29,985 bases of DNA from Pseudomonadota bacterium (GTDB lineage Bacteria; Bdellovibrionota_B; Oligoflexia; Oligoflexales; CAIYRB01), in the NCBI GenBank assembly GCA_031416315.1, contig JANOTL010000117.1, positions 1 through 29,985 of the forward strand, read 5' to 3'. Below the pieces are notes generated by a model. It saw nothing but the letters and a program-made list of their open reading frames with translations, was not told the DNA's origin and made no database searches. The translations under genes and the position numbers were made by a program. Every line of letters begins with the position of its first letter. Positions within the stretch are counted from its first letter, which is position 1. Positions 7,740 to 15,050 of the stretch are shown here, one piece after another.

Positions 7740-9653
7740 TTAGCGCGGCGACTTGCGGCGGCGCATGCGCGCGACGACGCGCTTCGCCTGCGGCGCAAAG
7801 GCGGCGAGCACGACGGGCGTCGCGAGCAGCAGCAGCAAGATCGCGTGGACCAGTTTGCCGCCGCCTTGAGCGCCGACCGCGCCGCAGGAATCCTTCGCCT
7901 TCTCGTCGTGCGCCTTCTCGCGCACGATGCTCGACGTGCTGCTGCCGGTGGTCGGCTGCGTCTCGACGTTGCTCGGCTTCACCTTCGTTTTCGACTTGGC
8001 GCCGTCGCCGTCCAAAGCGGGGAGCGCTCCGCCTTCAGCGGGGACATCCGCCAGGAAAGCGCCGAGTCCGCGCGCCTCGACCGCGGCGCGCAGAATCGCG
8101 CGCTTCGTGCCCGAGAAGAGCTCTTGCTCCGCGTAGAAGAGGGAAAGGAGGAGGTCGCGAAAGCCGCTCGACGGCTGGAAAAGGGTGACGGCGCGGTACG
8201 TCATCTGGGCGACCTCACCGACAGTCATCACCCCCGCTTTCTGCAGGTCCCAGAGGAGGCCCGAGAACAGCTGGCCGTTCGGGTGCGTGTAGCAGGATTC
8301 GTCGCCGGAGAGCTTCATCCAGGTGGCGTCGCCGTATTTCATCACGTTGTCGCCGCTGCGCAGGCAGCCGACCACCTGGCAAGCGCGTGAGCCGGCCGGG
8401 CAGATGGTCTCGCCGAGGCAGGCGTTGCCCGTGCGAGCGAAGGTGAAGAAGTCGGCGAGCGCTTCGTGGACAGCGAGCGTCTCGTAGCAGCGATCGACGG
8501 TCTTCAAGGTCTGATAGACGACTTGATGCGAGAACTCGTGCGAAGAGACGTCCTGGTCGGTCGCGAGGTTCGCGAGGACCGAGCCGTCGCCGTCGCCGAC
8601 GTTGATCGTGCCGAGGTCGGAGTCGATGACGCCGTCGAGCGAGTAGAATGCGTTGTTCGCATCGCGATAGTGCGGCGCGATCGGCAAGGTCTTGCCGGGC
8701 GGCCATACGTAGCCGAGCGCCGTCATGAAATCGAGCTGCTTCTGTACGTAGTAGTATAGCGACGGCTGCACGAAGCGTGCGTCGGTCGTGGCATAGTCGA
8801 ATTTGTGGTCGGCCGAAAGGGCTCGATCGGCGTCGTCTTCGAGGTAGACGCGCAGGCGCGTGCCGGTCAGCGTGCCGTCTCCGACCAAATCCTTGAGCTG
8901 CGCGCTCGCGACGGCCTCGTCGAGGGAGTTGTTCTCGAAGATCTTCGCGGTGCCGTTGACGCTGAAGAAGCGCTGGCCAAGGCGGAAGGCGTGCGTGGCG
9001 TCGCCGATCCCTTCATATGGCATGCCGCCGGCGGTGAAGCGCGCGCGCCAAGCGGGGACCAAGACGTCGTCGAGGGCTTGCCAGCAGCGCTCGGCGCGAC
9101 CGAGGCGAAAATCATCGGCGTCGTCGCCGCGCTCTTCCAGCGCCTGACGCAGCTCTTCGCCCGTCGCCTCGAGGTCCGTCCACTCACCTGCAGCAGGCGA
9201 GATCGCGGCGCTCGCGACCGGCAGAGCGCCTAGGGTCAGGAAACTGCCGTCGCCGCCGTGATGCGCGCGGATCTCGGCGTCGCAGACCGGGATGCCGGCG
9301 AAGCTCAGGTGATACGAAGCGGACTGCGCGCCCATCTGCTGCGTCAGCCCGAGGCGTTGGCCAGGGTCGCGGACGAGCGCGATCCCCGGCAGAGTCAGCC
9401 GCTCGCGGACGATGGCGGCGACGGCGTGATCGACGTCGATGGCTGCGGCGTTCAAGCGCTCACTGAGCAAGGCCATGCCGTTCGTACCGGTGCGACCGAA
9501 GCTCGCGGCGCGGAAGCCTTGCACGCCGTTCGGCGCGAGGCGGCGCGGCGCCCAGGGCGCGCCGAAGCCCGAAAGCGCGAAAGCGTCGCTCGCGCTTGTG
9601 GCGCTGAGGGTGGCGGCGAGGGCTAAGCGGATGGCGGCGTGGCGAAGGCGCAT
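7740..9653 (-). CDS. Secreted thermolysin/fungalysin-like (M4/M36) zinc metallopeptidase with propeptide and C-terminal membrane anchor
   Basis: Signal peptide (..SASDAFA), NNAFY, GDGDG, HEFSH (HExxH), third-ligand motif AVHEALADFF and HPNGQLFSGLLWDL. The C-terminus is a Cys motif, a hydrophobic helix and a basic tail. Confidence 0.85.
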   Translation of the reverse strand: MRLRHAAIRLALAATLSATSASDAFALSGFGAPWAPRRLAPNGVQGFRAASFGRTGTNGMALLSERLNAAAIDVDHAVAAIVRERLTLPGIALVRDPGQRLGLTQQMGAQSASYHLSFAGIPVCDAEIRAHHGGDGSFLTLGALPVASAAISPAAGEWTDLEATGEELRQALEERGDDADDFRLGRAERCWQALDDVLVPAWRARFTAGGMPYEGIGDATHAFRLGQRFFSVNGTAKIFENNSLDEAVASAQLKDLVGDGTLTGTRLRVYLEDDADRALSADHKFDYATTDARFVQPSLYYYVQKQLDFMTALGYVWPPGKTLPIAPHYRDANNAFYSLDGVIDSDLGTINVGDGDGSVLANLATDQDVSSHEFSHQVVYQTLKTVDRCYETLAVHEALADFFTFARTGNACLGETICPAGSRACQVVGCLRSGDNVMKYGDATWMKLSGDESCYTHPNGQLFSGLLWDLQKAGVMTVGEVAQMTYRAVTLFQPSSGFRDLLLSLFYAEQELFSGTKRAILRAAVEARGLGAFLADVPAEGGALPALDGDGAKSKTKVKPSNVETQPTTGSSTSSIVREKAHDEKAKDSCGAVGAQGGGKLVHAILLLLLATPVVLAAFAPQAKRVVARMRRRKSPR

Positions 9654-9826
9654 GAATCATCTCCCTATGTCCTCTACGCTTTTCGGCAGGTTCCGCGACA
9701 AGATGAAGTCGGCCCGTGACCGGAGGGAAGTCGCCGAAAACGCGCGATTTTCGGCCGATCCTTGCGGGGCGGCCCAAACACGGCTTTGCACGGAACTCGC
9801 GTACACTGATGGAAAGGGAGACGGCG

Positions 9827-11272
9827 ATGCTCGAAAAGCGGGAGCTCAGGATCCACTTGGACCGGAGTCAGCAGCCTGTGGCCTGCGACGTGCGTGGCAA
9901 TCGCACCGACGCGAACGGGACGTTTCGTTTAGCAAACATCAGCCGCAGCGGGATGTTTCTCGAGTGCCCGATCGAACCGGCAGTAAGCGCCGGCGACCAG
10001 ATCCAGTTCTCGATGCGCGTCGATCGCGACGACGAGGAAGTGAGCGGCGTCGCCCGCGTTCGCTGGGTTCGACCGCGCGACCACGGCCCGTACATGCCGC
10101 GAGGGCTGGGCGTTCAAGTGCTCGCGTTCCACGAGAACGCGGAGCGGCGCTACCTCGAGTTCCTCGAGACCTGTTTAGTTCATCTAAAAATCACCGACCT
10201 CATGGAGCCGAATTTCGTCGACTTGGCGCCGCAGACGACGGTGTTGGAGGCGGTGCGCCGCATTCGCGACCGCGCCGCGCCGTGTGCCATCATCCTCGAC
10301 GCAAAAGGGGGCGCAGCCGGCATCTTCACGCGGAGCGACCTTTTTCGCGTCGTCGACGAAGGCGATGCTTTGGCGCGCACGGTCGAGACGGCGATGACCC
10401 GAGATCCCGTGACGATCTCGACCGACCAGTCGACGGACGACGCATACAGCGTCATGCGTTACGGCTCGCTCAATCATCTGCCGGTCATCGAGGACGGCGT
10501 GGTCGTCGGCGTGCTGTCGACGCGAGACCTCGTCCGCTTTTGGGCGGAGTTCATGGATCTGCAGGCCAAGCGTCTCGCCAAGAGCTACGAGCGCGCGATG
10601 AGCGTGATCGCCCACGATCTGCGCACGCCCCTCGGACTGATCAAAACGACGAACCTGATGCTGACGACGGGCGCCGTGACTGCGCAGGAGTATCTGGGTG
10701 GCGGCCTCGGCGACTCGATCGACTCGAGCTGCGAGATGATGATGGGTCTGATCGACGACATCCTCGACCTTTCCACCCTCTCGACACAAGGCGTGCGACT
10801 CAACCCCACCGACGTCGATCTGGCAGAGATCGGCCGCAAGGTGCATCGCTGGTTCGAGCCCGCCGCGCGCTCGAAGCGCATCACCTTGGGCCTCGAGATC
10901 TCCCCCGGCCTCCCGAGCATCACTGCCGATCCTCTTCGCCTAGAGCAGATTCTGGTGAACCTCGTCGGCAACGCCTTGAAGTTCACGCCCGAGGGCGGGC
11001 ACGTCCTCCTGCGCCTCGAGCAGCGCCACTCACGCGTCGCCGTATCGGTGATCGACGACGGGCCGGGGATTGCGCCGGCCGAGCGTCAGCTGCTGTTCAA
11101 AGAGTTCGCGCGTCTTTCGAACCGTCCGACCAAAGGCGAGCGTAGCACCGGCCTCGGCCTCGCCATCGTCAAACGCCTGATCGAAGCGCACGGCGGCAGC
11201 ATCGAGGTCGTCTCAGAGCTCGGGCATGGCTCGACGTTTCGAATGCTGCTGCCGATCGACGCCGTCCAGTAG
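9827..11272 (+). CDS. Cytoplasmic sensor histidine kinase with N-terminal PilZ domain and CBS pair
   Basis: PilZ: EKRELR...NISRSG...ARVRW...GLGVQ. CBS: ITDLM, GIFTRSDL, AMTRDPVT, HLPV, GVLSTRDL. Kinase: IAHDLRTPL, NLVGNALKFT, DDGPGI, STGLGLAIVK. No TM helix. ATG 9827 follows AGGGAG (ATG 9809 is an alternative). Confidence 0.9.
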   Translation: MLEKRELRIHLDRSQQPVACDVRGNRTDANGTFRLANISRSGMFLECPIEPAVSAGDQIQFSMRVDRDDEEVSGVARVRWVRPRDHGPYMPRGLGVQVLAFHENAERRYLEFLETCLVHLKITDLMEPNFVDLAPQTTVLEAVRRIRDRAAPCAIILDAKGGAAGIFTRSDLFRVVDEGDALARTVETAMTRDPVTISTDQSTDDAYSVMRYGSLNHLPVIEDGVVVGVLSTRDLVRFWAEFMDLQAKRLAKSYERAMSVIAHDLRTPLGLIKTTNLMLTTGAVTAQEYLGGGLGDSIDSSCEMMMGLIDDILDLSTLSTQGVRLNPTDVDLAEIGRKVHRWFEPAARSKRITLGLEISPGLPSITADPLRLEQILVNLVGNALKFTPEGGHVLLRLEQRHSRVAVSVIDDGPGIAPAERQLLFKEFARLSNRPTKGERSTGLGLAIVKRLIEAHGGSIEVVSELGHGSTFRMLLPIDAVQ

Positions 11273-11390
11273 CCTCGACTCGCTTCTTGAATATTCATGA
11301 TCGTGTTAGGCTTTTCGAATCAATCCCCGCGACCATCTTTTATCCGCAGCGCGCCGCTTGGGCGCGCCGCTGCTTTGAGGAGTTTGACTG

Positions 11391-13121
11391 GTGAGCAAAT
11401 TTGTCAAGCATCTAACGATGTTGGCACTGATAACCGCGGCGGTTCAGTGCAAGACTCCTGCCGGTCAAGACACGGCGAAGGTGAAGGAAGGTTACGACGG
11501 AGCGAACCATCCGCTCTCGACGTTCGGCGTATCTCTGATGCGCTACGACCAGGTGCCGACTGCCGGCAGTCTCTCGGTGCAGCCGTGGCCCGGCTACTAC
11601 TGGGCGACGTATCGCGGCGGCGTCGCCTATCGCTGGACGCAGTACCTGAACTTCGACAGCGGCACGCTCGGCAACATGAGCTGGAGGGACTTCGCGTACA
11701 CGCCGATGGACGCGACCGCGGCGAAAGCGCTCGGCGACGAGCAGATCAAAGCGCTTTCGCCCGCCGAAAAATTTGACCTTCTCAATGACAACTTCAGCTT
11801 TCCGCTGACGGGCCGCGCGCTCTCCGACACGAAGGCCGCCGTCGGCGCGAACGGGGAAGTCCCGACCTGGTTCGGCATCTGTCACGCCTGGGCGCCTGCC
11901 GCATCGCTTTCGCCCTACCCGGGCAAGCTCGTGCGGGTGAAGAACAAAGCCGGCCAGTGCGTCACGTTCTATCGCGACGACTTGAAAGCCCTCGCTTCGC
12001 TTTCCTTCGACGCAGGCTATGGCGCCGACTACAACACCATGTTCCTCGGCCAACGTTGCAACCTGGCCGAAGGCCAGATCACCCGCGACGCCCAGGGTCG
12101 CATCACCAACGCCGAGTGCCGCGACACCAACCCGGGCGCGTTCCACCTGGTGATGTCGTCCTTCATCTCCAACAACAAGCCCGTCGTCCTCGACGTCACC
12201 TACTCCGACGAAGTCTGGAACCAGCCCGTCCACAGCTACAAGTTCGCGTACTCGAACGTCCGCAGCGCCAACGGCTTCGACTCGTTGAACCATGTGCGCG
12301 CGCCGGGCACGGTGTACCTCGTCGACGTCGACTACGAGCTCAAGTACATCGTCGAGTCGAACCCCTCGATCAGCGAGGAGCAGCTCGAGGCCTACATCAA
12401 GACGGCCAACTACAAGTACTCGCTCGAGCTCGACTCCGAGTACCGCATCATCGGCGGCGAGTGGAACTGGGCCAGCATGGGCGCGGCCGGCATCCGCATG
12501 CCGGATTTCGTCTGGACGCCCTCGGAGAAGAACACCAACAATGGCGACGTGTCCTCGACGAAGATCGAGTCGCTGATCGCGGGTTCCCTGTCCGCTTCCC
12601 CCGACTTCTGCCAAGGCGGCGACCTGCCGACGCCGACGCCGAACCCGGACCAGCCGACCCCGAGCGATCCCGAGCCGACCCCGACCCCGGATCAGCCGAT
12701 CGTCAACCCGGACCAGCCGGGCAATCCGGGTCAGCCGGGCGGCCAGCGTCCGCCCTTGCCGAAGCTGAAGAAGAAGAAAGAGCAGCGTCCTCCGAACGAC
12801 GATCCGAAGCAGACGAAGCAGTGGGAATACACGGTTCCCGTCCGGAAGCTCGAGTACAAGCCGTACCTCGATCCGAACGACGCCTGCGTCATGCAGTCGA
12901 ACAAGCTCGAGTGCGGCAAGACGGTCGGTTGCGCTTGGACCAGCGTCACCAAGGCCTGCATCAACATGCGCTCGCAGAAGTGCTCGGACTACCCGGCCGA
13001 GGACATCTGCAACGTGAAAGACCTCTGCAAGTGGTCGGGCCAGGTTTGCGAGGCGAAGGACATCGTGAAGAAGCGCAAGAACAAGCAGCTCCAGGGCCAG
13101 TCGCAGAACCAGAAGCCGTAA
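11391..13121 (+). CDS. Exported transglutaminase-elicitor (Phytophthora GP42-like) family protein, putative lipoprotein
   Basis: PWPGYYW, LSPAEKFD, VPTWFGICHAW (Cys codon 11880-11882), DTNPGAFH, EVWNQPVHSYK, IIGGEW, PDFVW. Then a Pro-rich linker, Lys-rich patches and a Cys-rich tail. GTG start follows GAGGAG. Confidence 0.85.
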   Translation: MSKFVKHLTMLALITAAVQCKTPAGQDTAKVKEGYDGANHPLSTFGVSLMRYDQVPTAGSLSVQPWPGYYWATYRGGVAYRWTQYLNFDSGTLGNMSWRDFAYTPMDATAAKALGDEQIKALSPAEKFDLLNDNFSFPLTGRALSDTKAAVGANGEVPTWFGICHAWAPAASLSPYPGKLVRVKNKAGQCVTFYRDDLKALASLSFDAGYGADYNTMFLGQRCNLAEGQITRDAQGRITNAECRDTNPGAFHLVMSSFISNNKPVVLDVTYSDEVWNQPVHSYKFAYSNVRSANGFDSLNHVRAPGTVYLVDVDYELKYIVESNPSISEEQLEAYIKTANYKYSLELDSEYRIIGGEWNWASMGAAGIRMPDFVWTPSEKNTNNGDVSSTKIESLIAGSLSASPDFCQGGDLPTPTPNPDQPTPSDPEPTPTPDQPIVNPDQPGNPGQPGGQRPPLPKLKKKKEQRPPNDDPKQTKQWEYTVPVRKLEYKPYLDPNDACVMQSNKLECGKTVGCAWTSVTKACINMRSQKCSDYPAEDICNVKDLCKWSGQVCEAKDIVKKRKNKQLQGQSQNQKP

Positions 13122-13152
13122 CATCCGCAATGCCGGATCAGGAGGATAGAGC

Positions 13153-14964
13153 GTGAAGGTCAAGAATCTCGGATCCAAGCACTCGAAGCTGGCGCTGCTC
13201 GGCCTTTGCGTCGGCGCGGCAGCCATCGGCGGCTGCAAAGCCAAGCAAAACGCCTCCGGCGTCAAGGATCTCGGCATCGTCGACAACACCGATGAGCAGA
13301 AAGCGAAGGCCTTCGTCGCCTACCAGGACTTCGAGGACAAGAACTCAAACGGTAAGCAGGACCCGGATGAGCCGTGGATGGTGCACCTCGGCATCTGTCC
13401 GAAGGACATCAACCTGCTCCAAGAAACGCCGGTGGTCGACGGTGAGACGCTCGGCCGTGACGTCTGCAAAGAGAACCTTGATCTCTATCAGCCGATCCCG
13501 AAGGCCGACTATCAGCGCCTCCTGGCGTCCGACATCGGCGTGAAGGACGGCTCGACCGACGATCTCCTGAAGACGGTCCAGCGCCGCGAAGCGAAGATCA
13601 AAGAGATCGAGACCACGATCGCCGAGTCTGAGAGCTCGGGCGCGCCGGCTGCCGTAATCAAGGGCTGGAAGGATCAGCTCGCCGTAGAGCAGACCGAGTT
13701 CGACAAAGAGAAGAAGAAGCTCGCCGAAGAGACGACCAAGCAAGGTCACTTGGTCATGATTCTCGAGAACCTCGCCAAGACGAAGGGCGGCATCGTCGCC
13801 AAGTACATGGGCGCGCAGAAGGTCGAGAACAAGCGCTACGCCTCGGCGATGAAGCCGTTTGTCGACCAGCGCGCCAAGAACGACGCGTTCAAAGAGTACG
13901 TGAACCAGATCGAGTTCCACGTCACGACCGCGGAATACAGCTACGTCGGCGCGCACCAGGCATGCAGCTTCGGCGAGAAGAAGCAGGACGACTGGTGGCG
14001 CTTGGCCACGCCGACCGAGGCGAAGATCTACGGTAAGTACAAGCTTCCGAAGGACTACGCGACCAACGGCGGCGGCCAGGGGCAAGGTCAGGGCCAAGGC
14101 CAAGGCCAGGGTCAGAGCCAAGGTCAGGGTCAGCAAAACCAAAACCCGACGCCCGTCATCGTCCCGCCGGATTCGGTGTGGGTCGGCTCGTTCATCGACG
14201 AGCTTCCGGTCGAGGAAGAGCCGGTCATCGTGAATCCGACGCCGGTCCAGCAGCAGCAGGGTCAAGGCACGCAGCAAGGCCAGCAGCAGGCCGCGCAGCT
14301 AGCCCAACAGCAAGACCCTGATCGCGATCCGGCCGAATGGCGCCGCCAGCAGCAGCAGCAAAAGGGCAACCCGGCCTGGGAAATCTTCGAGGCGAGCGAG
14401 GAGAACTTCTTCAAGTACTCCGACTACCACGTCGAGCCGCCGTCGGCGTTCTCCACCGAAGTCCAATGGGGCCGCAACTACGGCGTTTATTACAACCTGA
14501 AGTCCGGCTCGTTCGGCGGTACCTACGCGCAAGCCGGCCTCTTCGAGCGGAAGGCCCGCGCCCTCTGCGTGAAGAACATGACGGCTCAGAAGTGGGAGAC
14601 CGGCAAGGGCTGGAAATACGTGATGACCAACGTCATCGCGAAAGATCCAGACACCAAAGACTTCGCCGACTACTGGTCCTGCCGCTACGTCGCCACGAAG
14701 GACTCGAAGGCCCAAGGCTCCAACACTGCGTACAAGTACGGCACCGCCTACGTCCGCCAGAACATCACCACGGCGATGTCCTTCGGCAAAGAGCAGTGCG
14801 ACCAACGCCTGAAGGCCCTCAACGGCGCCGGCAAGCAGACCTGCGCCGCCGACAAGCGCGAGTACGAGACCGAGATCGTCGACTCCAAGGGTGACAAGGT
14901 GAAGAACAAGCTTCAAGCCCACTGTCGCAACCTGTCGACCTGGAACTTCGGTACCGCTCAGTAA
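13153..14964 (+). CDS. Putative lipoprotein with coiled coil, C-type-lectin-like (DUF1566-like) motifs and Gln-rich inserts
   Basis: GTG follows AGGAGG. Signal peptide ends AAIGGC. DKNSNGKQDPDE loop, heptad-like region, AHQAC...WRLATPTE...VWVG...ALCVK, plus (GQ)n and polyQ tracts. Confidence 0.75.
   Translation: MKVKNLGSKHSKLALLGLCVGAAAIGGCKAKQNASGVKDLGIVDNTDEQKAKAFVAYQDFEDKNSNGKQDPDEPWMVHLGICPKDINLLQETPVVDGETLGRDVCKENLDLYQPIPKADYQRLLASDIGVKDGSTDDLLKTVQRREAKIKEIETTIAESESSGAPAAVIKGWKDQLAVEQTEFDKEKKKLAEETTKQGHLVMILENLAKTKGGIVAKYMGAQKVENKRYASAMKPFVDQRAKNDAFKEYVNQIEFHVTTAEYSYVGAHQACSFGEKKQDDWWRLATPTEAKIYGKYKLPKDYATNGGGQGQGQGQGQGQGQSQGQGQQNQNPTPVIVPPDSVWVGSFIDELPVEEEPVIVNPTPVQQQQGQGTQQGQQQAAQLAQQQDPDRDPAEWRRQQQQQKGNPAWEIFEASEENFFKYSDYHVEPPSAFSTEVQWGRNYGVYYNLKSGSFGGTYAQAGLFERKARALCVKNMTAQKWETGKGWKYVMTNVIAKDPDTKDFADYWSCRYVATKDSKAQGSNTAYKYGTAYVRQNITTAMSFGKEQCDQRLKALNGAGKQTCAADKREYETEIVDSKGDKVKNKLQAHCRNLSTWNFGTAQ
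14068..14145 (+). repeat. Coding (Gly-Gln)n tandem repeat
   Basis: GGGQGQGQGQGQGQSQGQGQQNQN encoded with mixed codons (ggc/ggg/ggt, cag/caa). Confidence 0.9.
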
Positions 14965-14998
14965 CGCGCGCCTCGCGCGGTCCTTGCACCGAACATCG

Positions 14999-15035
14999 AG
15001 GCGCGGCGGAATCGATCCGCCGCGCCTTTCTTCTT
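14999..15035 (+). terminator. Intrinsic terminator-like hairpin inside the lipoprotein cluster
   Basis: Perfect 12-bp stem AGGCGCGGCGGA / TCCGCCGCGCCT, loop ATCGA, followed by TTCTTCTT; starts 34 nt after the 14964 stop. Confidence 0.7.
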
Positions 15036-15050
15036 CGAGGGAGATTCTTC

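Noticed and set aside
9786..9800. Sigma-54-like promoter TTGCAC-N5-TCGC upstream of the kinase
   Set aside because: Lacks the invariant GG at -24, so it cannot be supported.
13918..14964. Diversity-generating retroelement target, suggested by the CLec-like motifs
   Set aside because: No reverse transcriptase and no template/variable repeat pair differing at adenines was seen in the window.
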